DNA of 24,854 bases from a virus (Duplodnaviria > Caudoviricetes): positions 1 to 24,854 of the IMG/VR virus record IMGVR_UViG_3300009095_000068; one strand, written 5' to 3'. How positions within the stretch are numbered: position 1 is the first letter of the stretch; each line of letters starts with the position of its first letter. A model generated the notes under the pieces. It saw only the letters and a program-made list of their open reading frames with translations, did not search any database and was not told the DNA's origin. Of this stretch, positions 4,981 to 13,940 are shown piece after piece. Position numbers and translations under genes: made by a program.

Positions 4981-6237
4981 TCACAGCAGGCCGAACACGC
5001 CACCGCCTGGGCTCCCACCGCCCGGCCCCGGCGTCGGCGCGGTCGCCAGGTCGGGGCAATCCCCGCCTGACGCCACCCCGTGCCCGCAGACCTCGAACTG
5101 GCACCCCGCGCAGCACCCCTCGTCGTCCTCGCCGCCGGAGTATACCAGGCTCTCCACCTCGGTTCGCCACTCCCGCCGGTTGCACCCGCAGCTCATGCCG
5201 TCGGGGGCGGACGCGACGGACCATATCTCCTCCGTCCGCTCCCGACGCGAGCCCGTGCAGGACCGCGTGACGGTCTCCCGGATGTCCCATCCGCCGCGGG
5301 GGCAGCCGAAGGGCGGCGAGGGGTCGTCCCACCGGTCGCGGTACTCGTACGGTCGGTTGTACGCCGGGTCGATCGCATCGGCGTAGGACCGGCACACGAC
5401 CCGCACCTCCGGCTCGGATTCCTCGACGACGCGCTCGCACTCAGCGTTGTGCGTCACCGTCCGCTGCACAGTGATGACCTCTTTGCAGACGGTGCAGCCG
5501 TCGCGGGACACCTCCGCCCCGGTGTGGCTCACGGCCTCAAAGAACGTCACCCCGTCCATGCAGTCGCTGCATGGACGGTTGCTGCAGCACCACGAGTCCC
5601 CGACGTTGATGAGGTAGTCGTGGCCGCTGCGGTACGTCGCGGTGTAGTTCCAATCGAAGGTCGCCTTGCCGTCGTCGTCGAGTTCCCCGCCGCAGCAGAA
5701 GATGGCCCCGTTGCACGGCCCCTCATCCGTCTGGTGGGGGATGAGCACCGCGCACACGCGGTCGCACCCGCACTCGCACTCCCCGCCCCCGTCGGGCACG
5801 CAGTCGGGGTGGTCGCAGGCGGCGACGCCCTGGGGCACGCCAAGGCACTCGATCGTGATGCCCTCCATCGCCCCAGGCTCGGCGATGATCGCCCCCGGGG
5901 GGATCTGGTCGCGCCGGCGGGTGATGCCCAGCGAGCCTGCGGGCATGTAGCACCACGACCGGCCGGCCCGAGTGACCTTCACCGCCCCGCCGTACTTGCA
6001 GATGGCGGGCTGGTAGGTGCCCGGCGGCACGCCCGGCGGCAGGGGGCACACCACGTCGTCGCGGACCCAGATCGGCGGGTGGTCCGGCCAGCAGCCGACG
6101 TAGTTGCACGGGCAGAGGAGGCAGTAGAGGTGGTCGGGCGCGGGGCCGCACTCGTTCACCACCCGCGTCCCGTCGCGCGAGACCAGCACCCGGTCGCCCG
6201 TCGTCGGGTCGAGGATGAGCCGGCTGAGCTGGGTCAT
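4981..6237 (-). CDS. Cysteine-rich putative tail tip / receptor-binding protein (418 aa)
   Basis: TGATG coupling to the upstream gene; about 35 Cys by hand count; located at the distal end of the tail module. Confidence 0.75.
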   Translation of the reverse strand: MTQLSRLILDPTTGDRVLVSRDGTRVVNECGPAPDHLYCLLCPCNYVGCWPDHPPIWVRDDVVCPLPPGVPPGTYQPAICKYGGAVKVTRAGRSWCYMPAGSLGITRRRDQIPPGAIIAEPGAMEGITIECLGVPQGVAACDHPDCVPDGGGECECGCDRVCAVLIPHQTDEGPCNGAIFCCGGELDDDGKATFDWNYTATYRSGHDYLINVGDSWCCSNRPCSDCMDGVTFFEAVSHTGAEVSRDGCTVCKEVITVQRTVTHNAECERVVEESEPEVRVVCRSYADAIDPAYNRPYEYRDRWDDPSPPFGCPRGGWDIRETVTRSCTGSRRERTEEIWSVASAPDGMSCGCNRREWRTEVESLVYSGGEDDEGCCAGCQFEVCGHGVASGGDCPDLATAPTPGPGGGSPGGGVFGLL

Positions 6238-7067
6238 CAGGTGCCCGTCGGCGGCGGCGTGGCCGCGTCGGCCACCCCCACGTACTCATTGAGGTTGGTG
6301 ATCGTCACCGCCGCGTACTTCGACGTGAGCCGGCTCCGCTCCCGCGCCTTGGCAGAGATGTTGAGGTTCGTGATCGTCATGGCGTTGGGCGCGTCCGACA
6401 GGTCGATCGGACCCGCGGCGTTGACGGTCGTGATGTTCCCGCCCATCCACTTCACCGACCCGTCCGGGGCGATGTTGAGCGTCGCCCCAGTCGGGAGCGT
6501 CGCGCCGGTGTCCTCGCGCCGGACGACGACCCGCCCGCCCCAGACGTTCGCCGTGCCGGAGAACCCCCGGCCGGTGACGAACTCCCCGCCCTCGATCCAC
6601 AAGTTGGTGTTCGCCGTGGACTTGTAGAGCTGCGTGACCGTCCCGCCGGTCTGGCGGATGGTGGCCACAACCACGTCCGCGCTGATGTGGACCGCGCCGC
6701 GGGCGATCTCCAGCAGGGTGACCGTGCCGCCCCCCAGCAGGTACAGCGTGCCCGCCCCCAGGCATTCGATCTCGTTGCACAGGTCGTCGTCGCCATCGGG
6801 TTGGTAAAAGAACGACCCGCCCCCGGCGTTGTAGACGATCTTCCCGGCCCCCGAGTCGAGGTCGGCCCGTAGAGGCCCGGTCGAGGGGCTGCCGATCGAG
6901 CCGGTGAACGACGGCAGCACGCTGATGCCGCTCAGTCCCTCGTTCAACCCGCTCAGGTCGATGCCCGCGACGGTCTGCGACCCCTCGCCGAACACGAGGG
7001 AGTCGCCGTCCGAGATGGAGAGCCCCGACAGGTCGGTCGTGCCCTTGGGAACATAAATCGTCGCCAT
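6237..7067 (-). CDS. Gly/Thr-rich beta-solenoid-like putative tail spike/fibre protein (276 aa)
   Basis: ATG 7067 (MATIYVPKG) just after the upstream stop; repeating beta-strand/GG turns (LYLLGGGTVTLLEIARGAV, IRQTGGTV, WIEGGEF). Confidence 0.7.
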   Translation of the reverse strand: MATIYVPKGTTDLSGLSISDGDSLVFGEGSQTVAGIDLSGLNEGLSGISVLPSFTGSIGSPSTGPLRADLDSGAGKIVYNAGGGSFFYQPDGDDDLCNEIECLGAGTLYLLGGGTVTLLEIARGAVHISADVVVATIRQTGGTVTQLYKSTANTNLWIEGGEFVTGRGFSGTANVWGGRVVVRREDTGATLPTGATLNIAPDGSVKWMGGNITTVNAAGPIDLSDAPNAMTITNLNISAKARERSRLTSKYAAVTITNLNEYVGVADAATPPPTGT

Positions 7068-7069
7068 GT

Positions 7070-7438
7070 CTACCCCCTTGCCCCGGCCCGCTGCGCGTAG
7101 AGCGTCACGATGGCCTTCTTGTTGGTGCTTGCCGCCTTTGTCGAGACTCGGGCGCGGATGAACCCCACGCTCGACACGTCGATGCCCGCGGCCAGCCCGG
7201 CCGCGGCGAACTCCACATCCGCATCGGCCAGCCCGGCGTCGGAGAGGCCGTACCAGTCGTTGCCGTCGATGCTGACCTCGACCACGACCTTCGGCACGGT
7301 CCCCGTCGGCCACGCCTCGGCCGTCCCGTCGCCGAGGTACCTGACCTGCACGCCAGCCACGTCGAGGTCGGGCACGGCGAGGACGACGGTTTCGTCCGCC
7401 ACGCCCAGGTCGATGGTCTGCTCGATTCGCTGCGCCAA
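7070..7438 (-). CDS. Small beta-sandwich virion protein (122 aa)
   Basis: TTG start after GGAGGGGG; VEVSIDGNDW...FIRARV pattern typical of small jelly-roll domains. Confidence 0.7.
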   Translation of the reverse strand: MAQRIEQTIDLGVADETVVLAVPDLDVAGVQVRYLGDGTAEAWPTGTVPKVVVEVSIDGNDWYGLSDAGLADADVEFAAAGLAAGIDVSSVGFIRARVSTKAASTNKKAIVTLYAQRAGARG

Positions 7439-7439
7439 T

Positions 7440-7742
7440 CTACACCCCCTCCCCGTTGTCATCGCACGGCCCCACGTCCGGCGGCTCGATCGGGAACATC
7501 TGAAGCACCCCGTTGATCCTCAGCCCGAACACGCCGGTGCCGACCGGCTGGGGCCGGTGCTTCATCGGCGCTGGCCACCGCCCCTGGGCGGGCATGATGC
7601 CGCTCACGGTCTCGTTGACCCCCCCCGGCGTACTCAGGTGCATGGTATAACTGAAGTCGCGGCCCGGCACCGTGCCCTCGACGGACGCGATGACGCCGTA
7701 GACCGGCTCGATAGTCAGGCTGTTGAGGTCGTGTCTCTTCAC
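7440..7742 (-). CDS. Hypothetical tail-region protein (100 aa)
   Basis: GTGA coupling to the upstream gene; fills the operon gap exactly. Confidence 0.65.
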   Translation of the reverse strand: MKRHDLNSLTIEPVYGVIASVEGTVPGRDFSYTMHLSTPGGVNETVSGIMPAQGRWPAPMKHRPQPVGTGVFGLRINGVLQMFPIEPPDVGPCDDNGEGV

Positions 7743-8605
7743 GGCGTCATCCCCGGCAGGTCGGCCCACCCCTCGGGGTCGTCGTAGTCGAAGGGCACGA
7801 AGAGTTCAAACACCGGCGGGGACGATGCGGACCCATCGGCCGCGCCGACAAGGATGACCTCGTGGTACGGCGGGCGCGACCACGAGGCATCCGGCGCGCC
7901 GGGGATCAGCGAGCCCCGCGGCGGGGGCAGCCGGGTGGTGCTGAAGAGGCTGTACTGGATCGGCGGGGTGCCCGGGTCCTCGCGCCAGTGGTAGTGCACC
8001 TCCCACTTGCCGGGCTCCGTCTCGGCGTAGTCGCCGCCCTCGAAGTGATACCACTTGGAGTTGATGCGATGGAGCTTGTTGGTCTGCTGCCGCAGAGCAT
8101 CGACCAGCCGGGGCACGTCCGACGCGGAGATGTTCGTGCGCCACGAGATGCGGTGGATGTTCACCGGCGTCCGCTGCACGTCGAACTTCCAGCCGACGAC
8201 CTCCGCCGGCGGGTTTCCCTCGCCCTGCTGAACGAGCGTCTTGGCCTGATAGGCGAAGGGCAGCTCGATGAACTCGGTGGTGCACGAGCCGGACCACGCG
8301 CCGTAGCCGGGGGCCATGCGGTCCACCGGCGAGGGCATGACGAACCTGCGGTCGTTGGAGTACAGCGCGGTCACGTCGTAGACCGAGCCGTTGGCGGCGG
8401 TCTGGTATGCGTCCAGCCGCATCCCCTCCCACTCGGAGTTGTACGCCGGGAGCCCCACACCTTCGTCGTTGAGGATGGACGTTGGGTCGGCCATGATCTG
8501 CGTGCGCGCGTAGTTCCAGACGCGGAACACGCGCGAGCCGCGGCGGCGGCCCTCGGCGTCGCACTGTACGTTCTGTGTGGAGTCGAGTAGTTCAACCCAG
8601 CTCAA
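7739..8605 (-). CDS. Putative distal-tail/hub-region protein (288 aa)
   Basis: TTGA coupling and AAGGAGG RBS; immediately downstream of the tape measure; function from synteny only. Confidence 0.7.
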   Translation of the reverse strand: MSWVELLDSTQNVQCDAEGRRRGSRVFRVWNYARTQIMADPTSILNDEGVGLPAYNSEWEGMRLDAYQTAANGSVYDVTALYSNDRRFVMPSPVDRMAPGYGAWSGSCTTEFIELPFAYQAKTLVQQGEGNPPAEVVGWKFDVQRTPVNIHRISWRTNISASDVPRLVDALRQQTNKLHRINSKWYHFEGGDYAETEPGKWEVHYHWREDPGTPPIQYSLFSTTRLPPPRGSLIPGAPDASWSRPPYHEVILVGAADGSASSPPVFELFVPFDYDDPEGWADLPGMTP

Positions 8606-9678
8606 AGACCACCCCTCCTTCCGGCCCTAAGGTCTACGAGCTGCGCGATGCGGCGCACATCCGCGCCGATCCGCTCGGTGATGTTCTCGGTGAACTGGCG
8701 CTGCTGACGGGCGAAGTCGTCGAAGGCCGACTGCATGGCCTTGCGCATCATCTCCGCGGCCTTCTCGGCGGTTTCGAGTTCGGCCTTGCGGCGGGCCTCC
8801 TGTTCCTCGGCGAAGGCTCTACGCTGGTCCTCGGCGTTCGCCCGGATGAGGCGGGCGAGCTTGGTCAGAATGTCAAGCTCTCGCTCGGTCTGCGCCCGGT
8901 GCCACTCGTCCTCAAGTTCCTTGAGTGCCCGCTTCTCCTCGGCGTTGATCCGGTCGATGCCCTCAAGGCGGGCGATGGTCATGGCCTCGACGCGCTTTTC
9001 GAGCGCGTCAAAGGTCCGGTTCTGCGCCTCCTGCTCGGCCTTCGCCCTCTCCTCGGCGGCCTTCTTCGCGGCCTCGGCCTCGGCGGCGGCCCTCTCTTCC
9101 GCTTGCCGAAGTGCGAGTGCGCGAGACTGCTCGCTCAGCCCGCGGGCCGTGCTCTCCAGTTGCGCAATTTCCTCCCGAATCTGCTTTTCGCGCCGGCTAA
9201 GGAGCCCGAGAATGGGGTGCTCTTGCTTGAACGCAAGCTCGCTATTGAGTTCAAGCAACCTCTTATGCACGGCTTCGAGGTTGGCTGCCGCGTTGGAGGC
9301 TCCGCCCGACAGGCTGTTGGTGTACTCCATTGCCAGCAGTGCGCCGTCACGTGTCAGTTCATTGATCTTGGACACGACGCCGACCACTGACGCCACCGCA
9401 CCGGCAATCGCACCAGCAATACCCGTTACCCGGCTCATCGCCGAGCGCATGTCGTTGACCGAGGAGGTGGCGTCTTTGACCGACGACGCTACCGACGACA
9501 TGGACGAGGTGGTCTTGGCTCCGGCCGAGGCGGCCGCATTGCCGGCACGCCCCATTGCCTCTGCGGTTTTGTCCGCCTCCTTCCGGACCTGCCCCATCCC
9601 CTCGACAGCGCCGGAGACATTTGCCCCGATCTCGACCGATAACTCGGCAACTGCGTCTTTGTTGCGGGCTTTAGCCAT
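8602..9678 (-). CDS. Tail tape measure protein, short (358 aa)
   Basis: N-terminal VAELSVEIGANVSG motif, Ala-rich helical and coiled-coil body, hydrophobic GIAGAIAGAVASVVGVV segment; follows the tail tube. Confidence 0.8.
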   Translation of the reverse strand: MAKARNKDAVAELSVEIGANVSGAVEGMGQVRKEADKTAEAMGRAGNAAASAGAKTTSSMSSVASSVKDATSSVNDMRSAMSRVTGIAGAIAGAVASVVGVVSKINELTRDGALLAMEYTNSLSGGASNAAANLEAVHKRLLELNSELAFKQEHPILGLLSRREKQIREEIAQLESTARGLSEQSRALALRQAEERAAAEAEAAKKAAEERAKAEQEAQNRTFDALEKRVEAMTIARLEGIDRINAEEKRALKELEDEWHRAQTERELDILTKLARLIRANAEDQRRAFAEEQEARRKAELETAEKAAEMMRKAMQSAFDDFARQQRQFTENITERIGADVRRIAQLVDLRAGRRGGL

Positions 9679-9750
9679 CAGGTCTTGCGTCCGTCGGATT
9701 CGTTGGGTATGGTGTGGGGGCGGGTGGGCGATGTGGAGGATCGCCAAGTG

Positions 9751-9921
9751 ATGACAAAAGACGAACTGGTGGAGGCGCAGGTTGAGGCGGCCCGTCGCAT
9801 CGCCAGGGAACGCCGGCCGCGAGAAACCGCCCGCGCGCTCTTCGTGGCGTTTGTGGTCATCCCCGTCTCTGTGCTTGTCATCCTAGTGCTGCTCACGGCC
9901 GCAATGCACCTGTTCCCGTAG
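9751..9921 (+). CDS. Small single-TM membrane protein on the strand opposite to the late operon (moron-like, 56 aa)
   Basis: GGAGGA RBS before GTG-ATG; charged N-terminus then LFVAFVVIPVSVLVILVLLTAAM. Confidence 0.7.
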   Translation: MTKDELVEAQVEAARRIARERRPRETARALFVAFVVIPVSVLVILVLLTAAMHLFP

Positions 9922-9965
9922 CGTCTTCTTTGGCTCGTGGCCACCATCATCGAAGCGAACCTTGA

Positions 9966-10781
9966 TTAGGCGATCGTCAACGCCCCCGACCCCTGGAAGT
10001 CCACCGTGACCTCCGGCGACTCGCCCACCGCGCACCGAAGCCCGATCCGCGTCCAGAACGCGTCGCCCGAGAACGTCTTGCCGCTCGCCGCCGTCAGCGT
10101 CAGCAGCGTGTTCGTCGTGTCCCCGTCGCTCGCCCACAGCGGGATGCCGAAGGCCGTGGTGCCGAACAGGCTGCTGGTTCCCGACGGCGTGATCGTCCCG
10201 ACGAAGCGGAAGCTGTAGGCGACGGTGGAGAGCGACCCCCGAGCCATGTTCGCCTGCATCTGCTGGATCATCGCCGGGCCGGAGATGGCGTTGGCCGAGG
10301 TGTCCGAGCCGTACGTCAGCGTCAGCGTCGGCAGCGTCGCCCCGGGCGCGTGCGGGCCGACCAGGGACGTCTCGCTGTCGATCCGGGCGTTGAACGTCCC
10401 TGAGCCGCGCACGTAGTCAGGGCGGAAGATCCGGTACGTCGGCGGGGTGCCGCTAAAGCTCGTGATGTCGTGCGACCCGGCTTCGAGCGTCAGGTCGAAG
10501 CTCTCGACGTGCAGCGCGTACCCGCCGGCACTCCACGTGACCAGCCCCACGTTCCCCAGCCGTGGAGTGGCGAAGGCGTTGGCGGTGATCGACCCCGACC
10601 ACGAGCGCAGGCCGGGGATGAACCGGCCGACGCCGGAGCCCAGCGGCGTCGTCTCGATCTCGTCGCATACCTCGGTGATCGTCGCCTGGTTGGGGCTGAT
10701 GGCGGCGATGAGGTTCGCGTAGAACCCCGCCGCCCCCCAGCTCGTCACCTCGCCCTCGGCCCCTACAACGGGATACCCCAT
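9966..10781 (-). CDS. Major tail (tube) protein with internal duplication (271 aa)
   Basis: DEIETT...RFIPGLRSWSGS and TFSGDA...VDFQGSGAL tail-tube motifs; follows the tail terminator. Confidence 0.8.
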   Translation of the reverse strand: MGYPVVGAEGEVTSWGAAGFYANLIAAISPNQATITEVCDEIETTPLGSGVGRFIPGLRSWSGSITANAFATPRLGNVGLVTWSAGGYALHVESFDLTLEAGSHDITSFSGTPPTYRIFRPDYVRGSGTFNARIDSETSLVGPHAPGATLPTLTLTYGSDTSANAISGPAMIQQMQANMARGSLSTVAYSFRFVGTITPSGTSSLFGTTAFGIPLWASDGDTTNTLLTLTAASGKTFSGDAFWTRIGLRCAVGESPEVTVDFQGSGALTIA

Positions 10782-10784
10782 GAC

Positions 10785-11279
10785 TCATGCTCCTGCCTTG
10801 GAGACCAGCACGCGGAAGGTCTCGACCCAGTGGTACATGCCCTCGGCGTGCTCCTCTCGGCTGTCCACGGCCTCGACGATCGACGCCGACCACCCCGTCC
10901 CGCTCAGGGGCGGCTGCCAGCGGTCGAGCCCGTACGTCGGTCCCGTCCCCGCCGGCTGGGCCGTCCAGTCCCCGGCGATGCGGGCGAGGATCTTCGCCCC
11001 GATGTCCGCCGGGTCGCCCCCGTCGTCCGGCTGCTCCTCGACCAGCACGTGCACGTCGAACGTGACCTCGCGCGTGGCCGTGCGGAAGGCGTCGGTCTGC
11101 GTGGCGCTGGCGACGTTGTAGACGATCGACGGGTAGCCCCCGCCCGCGCGGGCGAAAATGTTGGTGATGTCCGCGGCGGCCACCAGCGGGGCGTCGGCGT
11201 TCCGCAGCCCCCCCTCGCCGGTGTCGGACAGCAGCCGGTCGCGGATGTCGGCCCAGAGCTTGGGGAGGTAAAACGCCAT
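10785..11279 (-). CDS. Tail terminator / tail completion protein (164 aa)
   Basis: IRDRLLSD...YPSIVY...VTFDVHV...FRVLV pattern; TGATG coupling; synteny. Confidence 0.75.
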   Translation of the reverse strand: MAFYLPKLWADIRDRLLSDTGEGGLRNADAPLVAAADITNIFARAGGGYPSIVYNVASATQTDAFRTATREVTFDVHVLVEEQPDDGGDPADIGAKILARIAGDWTAQPAGTGPTYGLDRWQPPLSGTGWSASIVEAVDSREEHAEGMYHWVETFRVLVSKAGA

Positions 11280-11887
11280 CAGGCGGCCCCCCCCTTGGCC
11301 ATCTCGCGGGCCACCGCGGCGTGCATCCGCCGCAGCCCCTCCGCGCGGGAGCGGGCGAGCGCCGGCCGCAGCCACGGCCGCGGAGCGACGGTGACGGACT
11401 TCTTCAGCACGAACCAGACCTCCACGCGGGCGTGCTTGCCCTTGATGGGCTTGACGAGCAGCAGTTGCCCGGCCTTGGTGCGGATGAGCACCAGCCCGGG
11501 GATGTTGCGGGTCCGGCCCCCCGCCCGCACCAGCGCCCGACTCGCCTTGGGGTGGACCGGCACGGCGAGGAACTTCGCACGCTTGGCCCGCGCCGTGAAC
11601 CCGAACTCCAGGTGTCGCCCATAGGGAACGTTCGTCCCCACCAGGGCCTTGAGGTTCTTGGCTGGGACGTAGGCGATGGAGTTGCGCAGGTGCCCGCTCT
11701 GGCTGTGGGGCGGCATCCCCGGCTTGGACGGGATGCCACCGTGCTCGCGGCCGAACGAACGCTCGGCCGTCCCCGCGACGACGATAGCGTACTCAGTCAG
11801 CCCCTTGTTGGCCGCGGCCTCCAGACGCTTGAGTGCCTCGTCGCCGTGCCACTGGAGCCTCACCCTCGTGCTACCTCTGCCCGCCAT
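11279..11887 (-). CDS. HK97 gp10-like neck/tail completion protein (202 aa)
   Basis: SGHLRNSI, VGTNVPYGRHLEFG and APRPWLRPAL motifs; GGAGGAG RBS. Confidence 0.85.
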   Translation of the reverse strand: MAGRGSTRVRLQWHGDEALKRLEAAANKGLTEYAIVVAGTAERSFGREHGGIPSKPGMPPHSQSGHLRNSIAYVPAKNLKALVGTNVPYGRHLEFGFTARAKRAKFLAVPVHPKASRALVRAGGRTRNIPGLVLIRTKAGQLLLVKPIKGKHARVEVWFVLKKSVTVAPRPWLRPALARSRAEGLRRMHAAVAREMAKGGAA

Positions 11888-12716
11888 TGGTCTCCTCCTC
11901 CGCGGGCACGCGGTAGTAGACGCGGCGGCCGGCGCCGTCCACCGGCGGGCCAACGACACTCAGGGTGCGGCCCTGCCACACCAGCCGATCGGTGGTCTGC
12001 ACGTCCGTGCCGTAGGGGAGGTAGACGCGGTACGTCGCCCGCCCGGACTCGCGGCGGTTGTCGCCGCTCTCGCTGGACGAGTCGGCCTGCACGGAGCAGG
12101 GGACGCCCAGCGACCAGTCCTCCCACTCGTGCGTCGGCGTGCCGGTCGCGGCGCTGATGCTCGTGATCTTGCGGCGGATGGTGCAGGTGTCGTTCATCAT
12201 CGGGTGGCCCGGCTTGGGCGCGATCGTGTACGTGACGCGGACGCCCACGGCATCGACCGACCACTCCACCGACACCTCGGAGTCGCCGATGCCGATGCAC
12301 TCCACCGACGCGACGCCGGCCACCAGCGCCGCCTTGGTCGCCGCGGCCGACGCCCAGCCCGCGGCGGTCACGACCGTCTCGTCGGCGTGGTCGGCGCCCG
12401 CGGGCACGGCTTCAAACGCGGATTGCACCCCGCCGAGCGCGTCGCCGGCCGCGTTCTTGATCGTGACGACCCAGTTCCTCGCCGCCGTGTGGTCGTGCGA
12501 CACGTGGGCCACGACGGATATGGCGGAGATGACCGCATCGTCCGGCAGGGCCGAGAAGTCGTAGGCGGAGAGGGCGAGCGTGCCGGTCTGGGCAAACGGA
12601 GGCAGGAAGGTCGTGGCCGTCGTGTTCATGCCGTCCGGCTCGCCCGCGGCGTTGCCGGGGGTATCCCAACCCGAGCCCGCCGCCGCGCCCGCCCAGAACG
12701 TCTTGGTCGGCATCAC
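11871..12716 (-). CDS. Head-closure (SPP1 gp16-like) protein with an extra N-terminal beta-sandwich domain (281 aa)
   Basis: C-terminal ~109 aa: DTCTIRR...VPCSVQ...DVQTTDRLVWQGRTLSV; N-terminal ~170 aa is additional. Confidence 0.8.
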   Translation of the reverse strand: MMPTKTFWAGAAAGSGWDTPGNAAGEPDGMNTTATTFLPPFAQTGTLALSAYDFSALPDDAVISAISVVAHVSHDHTAARNWVVTIKNAAGDALGGVQSAFEAVPAGADHADETVVTAAGWASAAATKAALVAGVASVECIGIGDSEVSVEWSVDAVGVRVTYTIAPKPGHPMMNDTCTIRRKITSISAATGTPTHEWEDWSLGVPCSVQADSSSESGDNRRESGRATYRVYLPYGTDVQTTDRLVWQGRTLSVVGPPVDGAGRRVYYRVPAEEETNGGQR

Positions 12717-13345
12717 ACCACCCCCCTTCGGAAGCGGAGGATGCGGGAGCGGTAGGTCTGGTAGACCGCCGCGGCGTCCGCGCGGGTGTACGAGTAGTCG
12801 CCCATCGACTCGGACTGCATGGCCGCGTTGGCCGGAGCCCTGGCCTGCCCGTACAGCTCGGCGACGATCTCGAACATGACCTGCTTGAGCCCCGCCGGCA
12901 TCGTGCCCGACGTGTACCCGGCAGTGTACGTCACGAGGATGTTCGAGAACCCGCGCGGGAACGACGGCGAGTGCCCGAAGCCCGTGTGCTCCACCGCCCC
13001 GAAGTCGTCGCGGACCACCCGCCCGAAGCGGGAGCCCGCCAGGTGCACCAGCCCGATGTCGGCCTTGAGCCGCAGCCCGGTGATGTCGATGGCGGTCGTG
13101 CCGCCGGCGGAGTCCAGCACCTTCACGGACGTCAGCGCCGTCACCGGGTACTGCCGGAGCTGGAGCGTCCCGGTCCCGGTGCCGTCGTACGCCTCGTCGG
13201 TGTACGTCGTCTCGTCGAACCGGCGGCCGGTGTCGGTCTCGATCAGGTCCTGCGCGGCGGCGATGAGGGACGCGATGAGCGTGTCGTGGCTGTTCACAGT
13301 GATGCCGCGGTAGGCTTTGAAGTCTTCGGTGGTGATGATCGCCAC
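12713..13345 (-). CDS. Head-tail connector/adaptor (HK97 gp6 / SPP1 gp15-like, 210 aa)
   Basis: IITTEDFKAYRGI...DTLIASLIAAAQDLIE..TGRRF, VTYTAGY...PAGLKQ, SESMGDYSYT; GTG after GGAGG. Confidence 0.88.
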   Translation of the reverse strand: MAIITTEDFKAYRGITVNSHDTLIASLIAAAQDLIETDTGRRFDETTYTDEAYDGTGTGTLQLRQYPVTALTSVKVLDSAGGTTAIDITGLRLKADIGLVHLAGSRFGRVVRDDFGAVEHTGFGHSPSFPRGFSNILVTYTAGYTSGTMPAGLKQVMFEIVAELYGQARAPANAAMQSESMGDYSYTRADAAAVYQTYRSRILRFRRGVV

Positions 13346-13364
13346 GCGCACCTCCCCCCGCCGC

Positions 13365-13910
13365 TCAGTTGAGCAGCAGCACCTCGATCGGCACCGCCCC
13401 GGCCCCGCCGACGTTCGCGGCCGTCCCAACGACGACGCCAAGGTAGTCCGCCCCGAGCAGGTCCGCCGCGGTCAGGCTCACCGGGTCCGAGTAGGCGTAG
13501 GTGTCGTCCACCATGAGCCCATTCCCGCCGGTCGTAAGCGTCAGCGTCAGCCCCGCGGCGTCCGAGTCCGCGTTGTCGGCCCGGAGGAACCGCACCGAGC
13601 CGTCGGCGGGCATCGAGCCGTCGGCGTTGGGCTCCCCGTACGCGAGGATCGGGTACACGACCGGGCTCGCCGAGACGGTCGAGCCCTTGGGGTACTTGGC
13701 GCGGATGACCGCCCGCGTAACGCCCGGGCCGATCTTGACCCAGTGGAACGACGGCTCGTCGATCGCCGACGGGTTGAGGTGGTCGGTCGCGGCCTGCGCG
13801 GCCGTCGCGTCGTCGTTGGCGACGACCCACGAGCCCTTGGCGCTCGCGGCGTACACGACATCGCCCCCGGCCCCCATCACGTTGCCCGCCCTGATCTCGC
13901 CGATCGCCAT
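13365..13910 (-). CDS. Hypothetical virion protein, beta-rich (181 aa)
   Basis: Good codon usage; lies between capsid decoration and adaptor genes. Confidence 0.75.
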   Translation of the reverse strand: MAIGEIRAGNVMGAGGDVVYAASAKGSWVVANDDATAAQAATDHLNPSAIDEPSFHWVKIGPGVTRAVIRAKYPKGSTVSASPVVYPILAYGEPNADGSMPADGSVRFLRADNADSDAAGLTLTLTTGGNGLMVDDTYAYSDPVSLTAADLLGADYLGVVVGTAANVGGAGAVPIEVLLLN

Positions 13911-13940
13911 GCGTCACCCCCGTAAGACCCGGACTGTCCG

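Noticed and set aside
9678-9950. Minus-strand 90-aa ORF as tail assembly chaperone
   Set aside because: Ser/Thr/Arg-rich shadow of the plus-strand membrane ORF with no RBS; only its TGATG overlap with the TMP start hints at a remnant.
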